Below, in pieces: positions 38,832 to 49,435 of a DNA stretch of 64,000 nucleotides. The notes under the pieces are model-generated. The model worked only from the letters and a program-made list of their open reading frames with translations, ran no database searches and was not told the origin of the DNA. This DNA comes from an uncultured Desulfurococcales archaeon. Its GTDB lineage: Archaea > Thermoproteota > Thermoprotei_A > EX4484-217-1. Position numbers and translations under genes: made by a program. The DNA is taken from NCBI GenBank assembly GCA_964564025.1, contig CAZLZO010000006.1, positions 585 to 64,584 of the forward strand, in the 5' to 3' direction. The first letter of the stretch is position 1; every line of letters begins with the position of its first letter.

Positions 38832-40202
38832 ATGGAGAAGCTTTTCGGAACTGATGGTGTTCGAGGAATAGTTAATGAAAAATTAACTCCTGAGCTGGCG
38901 CTTCGACTTGGCTTATCTATAGGAGCTTTTTTCGGTGAAGGCTCAAAAATTCTCATAGGTCGCGATGTTAGACGCGGTGGAGAAATGCTATTTAGAGCAG
39001 TTGTTTCTGGACTGTTAAGTTCAGGAATTAAGGTTTACGATGCAGGATTACTTCCTACACCAACACTTCAATATGCAATTAAACACTTTAGCTATGATGG
39101 TGGAGTTATGATTACTGCAAGCCATAATCCTCCAAAGTATAATGGAATAAAGGTAATGGGACCTAATGGTGTTGAAGTAAGTAGAGAGCAGGAAAGAGAG
39201 ATTGAGGAAATATTTTTTTCGGAAAAATGGAGAAGAGCTAGCATCTACAATGTTGTTGAAGAAGTGCCTAAGCAATTCGGTATAATAGATGTCTACGTGA
39301 ATGCTGTATTAAGACATGTTGATGTTGTAAAAATAAGGTCTAAGAGATTTAGGGTTCTCATAGATCCAGCAAATAGCGTAGGTGCTTTAACAAGCCCCAA
39401 AATAGCTAAGAAACTTGGATGTAAAGTGTATACAATAAACGGACATTTAGATGAAGACTTTCCCGGTAGAGAACCTGAACCAACAACAGAAACTCTAAGG
39501 GAAACGGCAGAAGTAGCTAAATCATTGAATGTAGATGTAGCCGTAGGGCATGACGGAGATGCTGATAGAGCAATATTCATAGACGAAAAGGGAAGAGTTC
39601 ATTGGGGAGACCGTAGCGCGGCAATTATTTGCAAGTATTTTGCTGAAAAAGGCTTTAAAGGAAAGGTTGTTACCGCAGTTTCTTCATCGATTCTTATAGA
39701 AGAGGTCTTAAAACCTTATGGCCTTGAAGTAGTGTGGACAAAGGTAGGCAGCGTTGATATTTCCCACTTAATGCTTAAAATGGGAAGCGAAGTTCTATGC
39801 GGCTTTGAGGAAAACGGTGGCTTCATGTATCCGCCTCACATACCAGTAAGAGATGGTGGCATGACATTAGCATTAATGCTTCAAGTATTAGCTGATAGTG
39901 GAAGAAAGCTTTCAGAACTGTTTAATGAATTACCACATTATTTCACTTTGAAAACTAAAATACCTATGCTTAAAAGTGAAGCATTAAAAGTTGTTGAAAA
40001 AGTTGCTGAATACTTTAAAAAAGAGAGGCTCATAAAAATAGATGGTGTAAAGGTTCTAATGAAAGATGCATGGGTTCTCGTGAGGCCCTCTGGAACAGAA
40101 CCCATATTAAGAATTATGGCCGAAGCTAGAGATGAGGAAAAATTGAAAGAAATAGTTGAAACAGTTAAGAAAATAGCTGAAGAAACGGTGGGTAAGAAAT
40201 GA
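38832..40202 (+). CDS. glmM: phosphohexomutase (phosphoglucosamine mutase / PMM-PGM)
   Basis: LFGTDGVRG, ITASHNP, DGDADR, GFEENGG, RPSGTEP; start moved to MEKLFG. Confidence 0.9.
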   Translation: MEKLFGTDGVRGIVNEKLTPELALRLGLSIGAFFGEGSKILIGRDVRRGGEMLFRAVVSGLLSSGIKVYDAGLLPTPTLQYAIKHFSYDGGVMITASHNPPKYNGIKVMGPNGVEVSREQEREIEEIFFSEKWRRASIYNVVEEVPKQFGIIDVYVNAVLRHVDVVKIRSKRFRVLIDPANSVGALTSPKIAKKLGCKVYTINGHLDEDFPGREPEPTTETLRETAEVAKSLNVDVAVGHDGDADRAIFIDEKGRVHWGDRSAAIICKYFAEKGFKGKVVTAVSSSILIEEVLKPYGLEVVWTKVGSVDISHLMLKMGSEVLCGFEENGGFMYPPHIPVRDGGMTLALMLQVLADSGRKLSELFNELPHYFTLKTKIPMLKSEALKVVEKVAEYFKKERLIKIDGVKVLMKDAWVLVRPSGTEPILRIMAEARDEEKLKEIVETVKKIAEETVGKK

Positions 40203-40591
40203 AGTACAGACTTATGGATATTCTGGCTTGTCCTATGTGTAAACATTTTCCCCTAGAACTTTACGTTTTAAATGAAAACATCTATGAAAATAGGTCACTT
40301 GGTAGTAGAGAGAAGCCATTATGCGAACTATATTGCGGGTTTTTAGGGAAAAATGTTAATGATGTGAAAGGGCCTCCTTGTGAGGAATGTATTAGAAAAG
40401 AGGTGGATATAGGTGTTCTTTACTGTCCATCATGTGGCAGATGGTACCCCATAATAGAGGAAATTCCAAGAATGCTTCCTGACGAATTAAGAAATAAGAG
40501 GGAAGAAATTGAATTTCTAAGAAAATATAAGGACAAAATTCCAGAGAAAATAGTTTATGAGGGGAAACCATTTAGCCTCAAGACTTCATGA
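40199..40591 (+). CDS. Trm112-family methyltransferase activator with Cys-rich insertion
   Basis: LMDILACP.CK, L.CP.CGRWYPI..EIP.MLP; extra CELYC...CEEC. Confidence 0.9.
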   Translation: MKYRLMDILACPMCKHFPLELYVLNENIYENRSLGSREKPLCELYCGFLGKNVNDVKGPPCEECIRKEVDIGVLYCPSCGRWYPIIEEIPRMLPDELRNKREEIEFLRKYKDKIPEKIVYEGKPFSLKTS

Positions 40592-40651
40592 TAAATTTTA
40601 AACTATTACTCACTTAAATTAGGTAAGGAAAGTTTGGAGAGATGATATATA

Positions 40652-41068
40652 GTGTATCCTTCCCCTGAAGAATCCTTTGCGGCCCATTTAACAGAATGGG
40701 TTAAGATGCAGAAAAACCTACTTGAAACAGCGAGGAAACTTAATGAGAGTATAAGGAAAGGTGATAGATTAACGTTAATTATAGCTACTAGAACAGCTTT
40801 TCAACATATGATGAGAACTCTTAAAGCATTTGACCAGTGGTTGCAAGATCCCTTCATAATAGAACATATGCCCAGAGAAATGCTTGAAGAAGTTTGGAAT
40901 AATGTTTTTCAAATATTTACTAAGCTATTAGAATTAGATATTAAACACACAAGTTCCTTTAGAGACCACATATTGAAGCTTGCTAAGGAGGAAAAGCTTA
41001 ATCCACTACTTTGGCCTAAGGAGAAGAGAAGACCCGAGAAAAAGCCTTCACTACATACAACGATTTAA
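40652..41068 (+). CDS. DUF2153-like crenarchaeal helical protein
   Basis: WVKMQK...DRL.LI...[19 protein letters not shown]. Confidence 0.7.
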   Translation: MYPSPEESFAAHLTEWVKMQKNLLETARKLNESIRKGDRLTLIIATRTAFQHMMRTLKAFDQWLQDPFIIEHMPREMLEEVWNNVFQIFTKLLELDIKHTSSFRDHILKLAKEEKLNPLLWPKEKRRPEKKPSLHTTI

Positions 41069-41119
41069 GTAAAATGCTTAAAACCTTTTTTCTAAGGTAA
41101 AATCGGGGATCATTGCAGA

Positions 41120-42046
41120 ATGCACATTAGCATCTTAGAAGAGTACCTAAAACTTCAAGAAAAATCGTTTAAAATAAGTTTTGAAGAAGCATATAAGATC
41201 TTAAACTCATTTCTTGAAGTTTTAATTAATGATAGAGGTAAGGTTTCAAATAATTTTCGCAGATCTAAAGGACTAATATATCTAAATGAAAATATCGAAA
41301 CACTTTATGTAATAGGGGATTTACATGGCGATATTGAAAGCTTAAATTTAATTTTAACCAAGATAAAGAATATCGGGAAAGATGATGTTATAGTTTTCCT
41401 TGGAGACTATGTGGATAGGGGTTACTTATCTTTCGAAACAGTATTTTCAATAATATTGTTAAAAATAAGGTTCCCGGAAAACATAATTATGCTTAGGGGG
41501 AATCATGAACCTCCTATAAATTTAAAACCGTATCCGCATGATTTTCCTTACTTTTTAAGATTAAAGTTTCATGATAAATGGAAGGACATTTACGAAATAT
41601 TCATGAGTATTTTTCAAGAATTACCTCATGCAGCATATATGAGGTCAAAACTTTTCCTTGTACATGGCGGAATACCAGTTAAAGAACATAGCTTAGAAAT
41701 TATAGACAAAGCATCGTTAGAAAACTACTTTTCAATACTAGAGGAACTATTATGGAATGATCCAAGCGACTACGTTGATTACTGGGTTCCTTCACCTAGA
41801 GGTGCTGGTATGCTTTTTGGCATAAGAGTTTCCAGAGAGTTTACGAGAAAAAATAAAGTCATAGCCGTTATTAGAAGTCACGAACCATGTAATGGGTATA
41901 AGCTGAATCATGGAGGACTTGTTATAACAATTTTTTCTAGAAAAGGACCCCCATATTTCAATGAAAAACTAGGTTACGGTAAATTCAAAATAGACAAGCT
42001 AAATACTATCGCCGATGTCGTAAGAGGTTTAGAGCTTTTGGAATAA
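41120..42046 (+). CDS. PPP-family Ser/Thr protein phosphatase
   Basis: GDLHGD, GDYVDRG, LRGNHE, VHGG, LLWNDP, SPRGAG, IRSHE. Confidence 0.93.
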   Translation: MHISILEEYLKLQEKSFKISFEEAYKILNSFLEVLINDRGKVSNNFRRSKGLIYLNENIETLYVIGDLHGDIESLNLILTKIKNIGKDDVIVFLGDYVDRGYLSFETVFSIILLKIRFPENIIMLRGNHEPPINLKPYPHDFPYFLRLKFHDKWKDIYEIFMSIFQELPHAAYMRSKLFLVHGGIPVKEHSLEIIDKASLENYFSILEELLWNDPSDYVDYWVPSPRGAGMLFGIRVSREFTRKNKVIAVIRSHEPCNGYKLNHGGLVITIFSRKGPPYFNEKLGYGKFKIDKLNTIADVVRGLELLE

Positions 42047-42056
42047 AGTTTGTGAG

Positions 42057-42548
42057 CTAGTATGCTCTCCTCCTTCTCCTTCTACCAGATCTCATGAGTT
42101 TAAAAGTTAATTCCTGTTCTGCATCTATCGGTATAATTTTCGGTTTAAGATTCTCTATAGCTTCAGCTATTTTTTCTACGTTTTCACCGAGCTTTTGAAG
42201 GTTTTGATCTAAGAAATCTAGGCCATCAGCTGTTACCCTTAGTTTCTTATTTCTCGGATTTGTTTCTAAAAGTCCTAGATAAAGTAGTGCTATTAAGTCT
42301 TCTTTAAGTTCTTTAGAGGATAAAATACCAGCTATTTCGAAGAATCTATATCCTAAATCTATTTTTTCCTCTTCTTGCACATCCCTTACAAGATAGTATA
42401 ATGCTTTTTCTGTGATTTCACCAAAACTCTTTACTATGTGAAGTAAGGCAATTTTTCTAGAATCATTTACAATATCATTTATTGTGAGTGCTGGTCTAGT
42501 AATGATTTTTAGCTCTTTAGACTTACTTGGAGTTGACATTAGTTTCAC
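42057..42548 (-). CDS. winged-helix hypothetical protein with Arg-rich tail
   Basis: wHTH-like pattern (L..L.Y.GLLE....NKKLRVT..G..FL), C-terminal RRRRRR. Confidence 0.7.
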   Translation of the reverse strand: MKLMSTPSKSKELKIITRPALTINDIVNDSRKIALLHIVKSFGEITEKALYYLVRDVQEEEKIDLGYRFFEIAGILSSKELKEDLIALLYLGLLETNPRNKKLRVTADGLDFLDQNLQKLGENVEKIAEAIENLKPKIIPIDAEQELTFKLMRSGRRRRRRAY

Positions 42549-43554
42549 CTGAAGCCTCAGTAGTCTTAGTTTCTTCGTGAATATTTAATCTATCTGCTAT
42601 TTTTCTAACTGCTTTATCAAAGCTTAAGCCTGAAAGTATTAATGAGTCTATCTCGTACTTAAGCATCTCGCTACCATAAGACCCAAACATTTCATTGTAT
42701 TTCTTAACGAGTTTTTCATAGATTTCCTTGGCTTTACCTTCAAGCTTAAACATTTTAGTCACTTCTACTCTACCTACTTCCTTAATACTTAACTCAGCTT
42801 GTATTTTAGGTAATGTCGTATTAATTAAAATGCCTATAGATAGGAGAAACGTAAAAACACCTATAGCTAAAGAAACAACTCCTAACACTTGTAGAGTTGT
42901 TAAGTAAAATCCTAATCCCTTATCCGCACTTGCCATGAAGGTATATACTAGCAGTGATGAATATGGAGCTAAAACCATCACTGCAAATGATGTGACAGGA
43001 GAGTATTTTGGTTTTAAATGTAATATGTTTAATGCTAAAACAATGGATGTGAAAGCTACTATCGTAATTAACGTGTAAATAGCTGCAATTAGTCCGTGAC
43101 TGCTAAAGAATTTTTCAAAATCTATGAGAGAAGCTTCAGTAATCACTATTAGTGCTAATACAATGTAGGATATGATACTTAGCTTCTTATAGGTCTTTAT
43201 GACTTTTCTTGTTCTCTCCAAATTACTTTTAAGACCGCCTATTTCATCTTTTAATTTCTTAACTTTTTCACTAAAGTCTTTCATGTTTTCTTCGGATAGT
43301 AGAAAACTTATTGAATTTGCTACTTCAGTCAATCTCATTGTTAATGTTAAAAGTGATTTGTATATTCTAAAACCCCCTACGTCTTTAATTTTAGAAATGC
43401 AGGTTTTTATTTCTGAAATTGCCTCTTTTAACTCGTTAGCTACATTTTTTGCTTCATCCTTAATCTCTAATGTATTAAGCGTGTTTTCAATGTGTTGAGC
43501 TAACGAAAGAACTACATCAATAGAGTCTGTTTTTCTCATATGCTTTTCTACCAT
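42523..43554 (-). CDS. coiled-coil plus 4-TM membrane protein
   Basis: N-terminal heptad-rich region, four hydrophobic helices. Confidence 0.75.
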   Translation of the reverse strand: MVEKHMRKTDSIDVVLSLAQHIENTLNTLEIKDEAKNVANELKEAISEIKTCISKIKDVGGFRIYKSLLTLTMRLTEVANSISFLLSEENMKDFSEKVKKLKDEIGGLKSNLERTRKVIKTYKKLSIISYIVLALIVITEASLIDFEKFFSSHGLIAAIYTLITIVAFTSIVLALNILHLKPKYSPVTSFAVMVLAPYSSLLVYTFMASADKGLGFYLTTLQVLGVVSLAIGVFTFLLSIGILINTTLPKIQAELSIKEVGRVEVTKMFKLEGKAKEIYEKLVKKYNEMFGSYGSEMLKYEIDSLILSGLSFDKAVRKIADRLNIHEETKTTEASGETNVNSK

Positions 43555-43587
43555 TTCCTAAAAGCACCAGTAACATATTCTGATTAT

Positions 43588-43661
43588 AAGGTCAGTGCCG
43601 CTGAAGGCTCATCAAGCCCCCAACCCCTAAGGGCATCAGGGTGAAGGGGTTCATCATTCCC
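43588..43661 (-). ncRNA. C/D box guide sRNA with internal hairpin insertion
   Basis: C AUGAUGA (43657-43651), guide ACCCCUUCACC, D' CUGA (43639-43636), 21-nt GC-rich spacer, C' UGAUGA (43614-43609), guide GCCUUCAGCGGCA, D CUGA (43595-43592); TATA-like CTTTAAG about 30 nt upstream. Confidence 0.92.
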
Positions 43662-43770
43662 ATAGTGTAGTCGTGCTCTACTTCGTTCTTAAAGTTTACT
43701 CATAAGTTAAATTTTAACTCTCCCCTAATCTTAAGTTATTTTTGCTGGGAGTTGAAAAATAAAGGGTGAT

Positions 43771-45141
43771 TTGAACATGAGCCCCAGTATTGCTGAAGCT
43801 TCTGTTGAATCACGTTTTGAAAGAATAGGAGCACATAGCCACATTAAAGGGCTAGGTCTTACCCCTGAAGGTAAAGCCCTCAAAAAAGCCGATGGCATGG
43901 TAGGTCAGATTGAAGCTAGAGAAGCAGCAGGATTAGTTGTTGAAATGATTAAAGAGGGACGTATGGCTGGAAGAGGAATTCTCTTAGTAGGTCCTCCAGG
44001 CACAGGAAAAACAGCAATAGCTATTGCAATAGCTAAGGAGTTAGGTGAGGACACTCCCTTCGTGAGTCTTTCAGCATCTGAAGTTTATTCTGCTGAAATA
44101 AAGAAAACCGAGGTTCTAATGCAAGCTATGAGAAAAGCTATAGGTGTTAAAATTAAAGAAGTAAGAAAAGTGTATGAGGGTGTTGTTAAGAATCTCAAAA
44201 TAGCCTTTAAAAGACACCCATATAACCCATACTATAAGGTTCCAAGTAGTGCTAAAATAACCTTAGCTACAAGAGACGAAGAAAAAACATTTACCGTCGA
44301 TAGAGACATAACAATGGAGCTACTAAATAAGGGTGTTTCAGTAGGCGACGTAATATGGATTGATAGTGAAACAGGAAGAGTAACTAAAATAGGTAAAGTT
44401 AGAGGATTTGAAAAAGCAAAGTACTACGATATTGAAACGGAAGTTCTCGTTGAAATGCCTAAGGGGAGAATACTTAAGGAAAAAGAATTTGTCCATACTG
44501 TAACACTGCATGATTTAGACATGAGCGTAGCTGCTAGAAGAGGAATAGTTTCCTTACTCTTCGGAATGCCTACTGAAAGAGAAATTTCACCTGAAGTAAG
44601 AAAAACAGTAGATGAGGAAGTAAGGAAGCTTGTAGATGAGGAGAGAGCGGAAATCATTCCCGGTGTACTTTTCATAGATGACGCACACATGCTAGATATT
44701 GAAAGCTTTGCTTTCTTAAGCAAGGCTATGGAAAGCGAATTAGCTCCAATAATAATATTAGCAACGAACAGGGGAATTACAAGAATTAGGGGAACAGACA
44801 TAGAATCACCCCATGGTATGCCTTTAGACTTACTTGACAGATTACTCATTATATTAACGAGACCCTATACTAAAGATGAAATAAGAGAAATAATAAGGAT
44901 CAGAAGTAAGGTTTTAAAGATAAAGCTTTCAGATGAAGCAATCGAGAAATTAACGGAAATAGGTGCTGAAACATCTCTGAGATATGCAGTACAATTAATG
45001 GAGCCTGCTTGGGAAAGAGCTAGGAAACTGGGTAAAAACACTGTGGATTTAGAGGACATAGAAAATGTGAGAAAACTCTTCGTAGATCTTAAGGAGTCAG
45101 CCAAGTATGCTAAGGAGTTTGAAGAAAAAATGCTAAAGTAG
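43771..45141 (+). CDS. TIP49/RuvBL-like AAA+ ATPase
   Basis: RIGAHSHIKGLGL, GQ.EAREAAG, GPPGTGKT, PGVLFIDDAHMLD, ATNRG, PHGMPLDLLDR. Confidence 0.95.
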   Translation: MNMSPSIAEASVESRFERIGAHSHIKGLGLTPEGKALKKADGMVGQIEAREAAGLVVEMIKEGRMAGRGILLVGPPGTGKTAIAIAIAKELGEDTPFVSLSASEVYSAEIKKTEVLMQAMRKAIGVKIKEVRKVYEGVVKNLKIAFKRHPYNPYYKVPSSAKITLATRDEEKTFTVDRDITMELLNKGVSVGDVIWIDSETGRVTKIGKVRGFEKAKYYDIETEVLVEMPKGRILKEKEFVHTVTLHDLDMSVAARRGIVSLLFGMPTEREISPEVRKTVDEEVRKLVDEERAEIIPGVLFIDDAHMLDIESFAFLSKAMESELAPIIILATNRGITRIRGTDIESPHGMPLDLLDRLLIILTRPYTKDEIREIIRIRSKVLKIKLSDEAIEKLTEIGAETSLRYAVQLMEPAWERARKLGKNTVDLEDIENVRKLFVDLKESAKYAKEFEEKMLK

Positions 45142-46383
45142 CTAAAGTCCTGCTAAAGCAACTATTCCGGCAACATTCACTGCAATTAACCCCCCAACGA
45201 TAAGTGTTGAAACTATTTTAACAAAGGATGATGTTGTTTCACTCATTCTCCAATAAAGAATAACTATCATTAGCGCTGGAACCCATGATGTAAAGCTTAT
45301 TAAAATTGAGGAATCCTTTACCATATCTATGAATCCGTATTCATTACATTCTCTTAGAAGAACGTGAAATAATGCTGTTACAGATGAGAAAATTATGGTT
45401 AAGAAAGCTGAGAAACCATAAACTTTGCTTTTAACAACGTCACTTAAACTGAGTGTTAAGTATTTATACTCATACGTTATGTAGGCATTACATAGTATTA
45501 TTGCTTCAATAGCTAAAACTGAGGATGCAAAAACACCTACTGAGAAAAGTATTATTGCATAGGGTCCGAGCGCTCTAAGCGCCAGAATAACTTCGTAAAT
45601 GGATGAAGTATTTGGAGGAGCATAAGTTGCAGCTACAACTGCAATTGAAATACTTGCAAACGTTGCAAAGATAAGTCCAGTAAATATGTCTAAAAACTCT
45701 TCAGGAACATCCTCAAACTTCATACCTTTCATAATGACGCTTGATGATTGAAATATTAACGCATAAGGTGCTGCTGCAGCACCAAATATCGCTAAGATAT
45801 CTATGAATAACTCTTTAAGGGGGGTCTTTGGTGGTATAGTTATGCTTAAAGCTATTTTTACTATTTCACCAGGATTTTCTATAATGTAAAGAATCATTAC
45901 AAAGATGTAAGCTGAAAGAACAAGACTCATAATGGTTAAAACTCTCTCAAGATACTTATACTCTTTCTGTAGCGAAATCGCTAATACTATGAGCGATGTT
46001 GAAACTAACCCTAAGGGCCAAGGTATTTTAAGTATCAATTGAAGTGTAAAAGCTACACCTATAAGGTTTATTTCTGCAGTAACTATGTTGGCTAATATGA
46101 GAAGAATAAGTAAAGCTAATGTAATCTTTTTTCCAACAATCCTTTTTATTTCAGAAACAATGCCTTCCCTAGTGTAAACACTAACATGAACAGCTAATTG
46201 CTGTAAAAGAGCCATAATTGATGATGCAAAAACTATGATCCAAAGTAGTTTATAACCATAGGTTGCTCCAATATATGAGAAGGCGCCAATATTTGTTATT
46301 TCAAGTCCAGATACGGCAGAAATGAGTCCTGGACCAAGAATTCCGAAGAACTTCCTAATTTTACTTACATGCACATTGCACAT
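45142..46383 (-). CDS. NRAMP-like divalent cation transporter
   Basis: GPGL, GATYGYKLLW, IFGAAAAPY.L.FQSS; about 11 TM helices. Confidence 0.8.
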   Translation of the reverse strand: MCNVHVSKIRKFFGILGPGLISAVSGLEITNIGAFSYIGATYGYKLLWIIVFASSIMALLQQLAVHVSVYTREGIVSEIKRIVGKKITLALLILLILANIVTAEINLIGVAFTLQLILKIPWPLGLVSTSLIVLAISLQKEYKYLERVLTIMSLVLSAYIFVMILYIIENPGEIVKIALSITIPPKTPLKELFIDILAIFGAAAAPYALIFQSSSVIMKGMKFEDVPEEFLDIFTGLIFATFASISIAVVAATYAPPNTSSIYEVILALRALGPYAIILFSVGVFASSVLAIEAIILCNAYITYEYKYLTLSLSDVVKSKVYGFSAFLTIIFSSVTALFHVLLRECNEYGFIDMVKDSSILISFTSWVPALMIVILYWRMSETTSSFVKIVSTLIVGGLIAVNVAGIVALAGL

Positions 46384-46402
46384 TCCTCACGCTTTAGTAT
46401 GG

Positions 46403-46798
46403 CTATTTTTTGTTCTCAAAGGACCCCATTATTTTAGGTACATCAGATATAACCTTATTTAAAGCTTCAGGGTTATTCATAGTGTTCTGATCTATTACCA
46501 ATAGTACATAAAGAGGTGTTGCAGTGTTTCTTGTAATTCGCTCGTCTCCAAGATAATGTAAGCTCAGCGTATTTGATAACGTAATAGGCTCTATGGTTCT
46601 CTTTTCTTCCTCTCCAGTAACCTTGTTTGATCTTAGCTTATCATGACCACTAAGGGTCTTATCACTCTCCTTCGTTATTTTCTCTGTGCTTTCTTTATCA
46701 ACTCTCTTCTTAACGAAGTAGTAATTGTAAAGGAACGGTATAAATCCGCCGACGATATAGATAAATACCTTGAGAACAAGACCAACATCTATGAACAT
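46403..46798 (-). CDS. membrane-anchored hypothetical protein
   Basis: N-terminal TM; GGGGGTGA SD. Confidence 0.65.
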   Translation of the reverse strand: MFIDVGLVLKVFIYIVGGFIPFLYNYYFVKKRVDKESTEKITKESDKTLSGHDKLRSNKVTGEEEKRTIEPITLSNTLSLHYLGDERITRNTATPLYVLLVIDQNTMNNPEALNKVISDVPKIMGSFENKK

Positions 46799-47001
46799 CG
46801 CTGCATCACCCCCTCCTATCCCTAATTAACATTATTTATCGTAATTTATTTTTAAGCTAAACCACTTAGTTTCGGAGAAGACATATGATAGCCAATTATA
46901 CTTTGTTCTATTGTGGAGTAACACTTAAGTATTAGCGTAATCTACAACACGTAAATACCTTTACTAAGTGTTTTTAACTTTCAATAAATTTAAAAGATTG
47001 T

Positions 47002-47685
47002 TTAAACACTTCTTAACTCTCTCATTATTTCTTTAACAACTTCTCCGGGATTGTCTGACTTAGTTATGGCTGAACCCACAATTACTATGTTAGCGCCCGC
47101 ATTGATTAGTGGAGCTATTTTCCCTGGCCGTAAGCCTCCGGCAACAGCTATGGGTTTTTTGGAAAGTTTTTTAACATGCTTGACTATTTCTACTGTGGCC
47201 TCCGATGCTGCCGTTATTCCGAGTTTTCTTTGAACATCTATACCCAAATGTATTCCTAAAATGTCTACGTCCATTTTACTTAATTCTAATATTCTAGACT
47301 CTATATTTGGGTGAGAAATTAGGTCAACCATAATGAGTACTCCGTATTTTTTACCATAGTTTAAAGCTTCAATAATTGTTGCATCGCTAGCTACAGCTAA
47401 AACCGTGACTATGTCTGCTCCTGCTTCATGCGCTATTTTTGCTTCTAATTCCCCAGTATCCATAGTTTTCATGTCGGCTACGATTATTGCTTCTGGAAAT
47501 TTTTCTCTAAGAAGCCTTATGGCTTTAGTGCCTTCCTTCTTAATTAAAGGTGTTCCGGCTTCAAGTATTTCTGCACCATTATCCCATGCTTCCTTAGCTA
47601 TCCTTAAAGCGTCCTCAACAGATAATAAATCTAGTGCAACTTGAAGTCTAGGTTTACGAAGAAGCTCCTCCACTGAAATACGCAT
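47002..47685 (-). CDS. hps: 3-hexulose-6-phosphate synthase (OMPDC/HPS family)
   Basis: LQVALD, EAGTPLIK..G, ADMKTMDTG..EA, HLGID.Q, AVAGG. Confidence 0.88.
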   Translation of the reverse strand: MRISVEELLRKPRLQVALDLLSVEDALRIAKEAWDNGAEILEAGTPLIKKEGTKAIRLLREKFPEAIIVADMKTMDTGELEAKIAHEAGADIVTVLAVASDATIIEALNYGKKYGVLIMVDLISHPNIESRILELSKMDVDILGIHLGIDVQRKLGITAASEATVEIVKHVKKLSKKPIAVAGGLRPGKIAPLINAGANIVIVGSAITKSDNPGEVVKEIMRELRSV

Positions 47686-47804
47686 TCTTAATACGCCTAC
47701 ACAAATTTTTCTGCATTCTGAGTTTTTAGTGTCTGCTAATTAAACATTTAGGGATGAATATTTAAAGCGAACTCACACTATATCATTTATTGTTGTGATA
47801 CAGT

Positions 47805-49412
47805 ATGACAAAGTATGTTTTCGTCACTGGAGGCGTACTTTCCAGTGTAGGTAAAGGAATAGTTGCTGCATCTATAGGTAAGCTTCTCAAAGCTAGAGGA
47901 TATAGCGTTACAGCAGTGAAAATAGACCCTTATCTTAATGTTGATGCTGGTACAATGAATCCTTTCATGCATGGTGAAGTTTTTGTAACAGAAGACGGAG
48001 GAGAAACCGATCTAGACCTAGGACATTACGAGAGATTCTTAGATGTTAATCTTTCAAAAATAAACAATATAACAACAGGGCAAATATATTCAACAGTTAT
48101 TGAAAGGGAAAGAAAAGGAGAATATTTGGGCCAATGCGTTCAAATAATACCACACATTACTGATGAAATCAAAAGGAGAATACGTTTAGTAGCTAAGGAA
48201 ACGCAAGTAGATATTGTTGTAGTTGAAATCGGAGGAACAGTTGGAGATATTGAGGGACTACCTTTTCTAGAAGCTATAAGGCAAATGAGGATTGAGGAGG
48301 GTTTTGAAAACACATTATTTGTTCATGTAGCTCTTGTCCCGATACTTGAAGCTACCGGTGAGCAGAAAACTAAGCCTGTACAACATAGTGTCCAGGAACT
48401 TAGAAGAATAGGTATACAACCAGACATTATAGTTGCTAGATGCAGGGTTCCATTGGAAAAGGAAGCTAAGCATAAAATAGCATTATATGGGAATGTTCCG
48501 GAAGATTCGGTGTTTACATCGTACACTGTAGAAACAATATATGAGGTCCCATTAGTACTTGAGGAGCAAGGGTTAGGCCGCAAAATTACATTAAAACTTA
48601 AGCTCGAAAATAGAGAGCCTAATCTTTCGGATTTTGAATGGTTTGTTTCCAAACTGAAAAAACTTAGTAAAAAGGTAGTAATAGGCATGGTTGGAAAATA
48701 TACTAAGCTTAAAGACAGCTATCTTAGTATAAATGAGGCCCTTGTTCATGCAGGGGCTTTTGCAAATACAAAACCTGTGCTCAAATGGATTGAAGCCACA
48801 GATGTTGAAAGAGGTAAAATAGCTTCTGAGGAAGCGTTAGAAGGCGTTAATGGAATAATTGTTTTACCCGGTTTCGGACGTAGAGGAGCTGAAGGAAAAA
48901 TAAGTATAATAAAGTATGCTAGAGAAAACAATATTCCAACTCTTGGAATATGTTTTGGCATGCAACTTATGGTTGTAGAGTTTGCCAGAAATGTTGTCGG
49001 CTTAAACGGAGCAAATACTACAGAAATTGATCCAAAAACTCCATGTCCGGTTGTAGATTTAATGGAGGAACAATTGAAGATTGAGAAATTAGGTGGTACT
49101 ATGAGGTTAGGAGCTTATAGGATAGATATAGAAGAAAACACTTTAGCTTATTCACTTTATAGAACAAAAAGTATTTACGAAAGACATAGGCATAGATACG
49201 AAGTCAACCCTAAATACATAGATAGACTTGTCGACGAAGGCTTAATAATTTCAGGTGTAAGTTTTGATGGAAGAGTAGAATTTATTGAGTTACCGATAAA
49301 GAATCATCCCTTCTATTTAGGTACGCAAGCGCATCCAGAGTTTAAGTCTAGACCTTTAAGACCTTCACCACCTTATTTAGGGTTTTTAAAGGCTTTAAGT
49401 AAAAGAAAATGA
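47805..49412 (+). CDS. pyrG: CTP synthase
   Basis: [56 protein letters not shown]. Confidence 0.98.
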   Translation: MTKYVFVTGGVLSSVGKGIVAASIGKLLKARGYSVTAVKIDPYLNVDAGTMNPFMHGEVFVTEDGGETDLDLGHYERFLDVNLSKINNITTGQIYSTVIERERKGEYLGQCVQIIPHITDEIKRRIRLVAKETQVDIVVVEIGGTVGDIEGLPFLEAIRQMRIEEGFENTLFVHVALVPILEATGEQKTKPVQHSVQELRRIGIQPDIIVARCRVPLEKEAKHKIALYGNVPEDSVFTSYTVETIYEVPLVLEEQGLGRKITLKLKLENREPNLSDFEWFVSKLKKLSKKVVIGMVGKYTKLKDSYLSINEALVHAGAFANTKPVLKWIEATDVERGKIASEEALEGVNGIIVLPGFGRRGAEGKISIIKYARENNIPTLGICFGMQLMVVEFARNVVGLNGANTTEIDPKTPCPVVDLMEEQLKIEKLGGTMRLGAYRIDIEENTLAYSLYRTKSIYERHRHRYEVNPKYIDRLVDEGLIISGVSFDGRVEFIELPIKNHPFYLGTQAHPEFKSRPLRPSPPYLGFLKALSKRK

Positions 49413-49435
49413 GTAAAGGTAACCTTTAAAACCGG

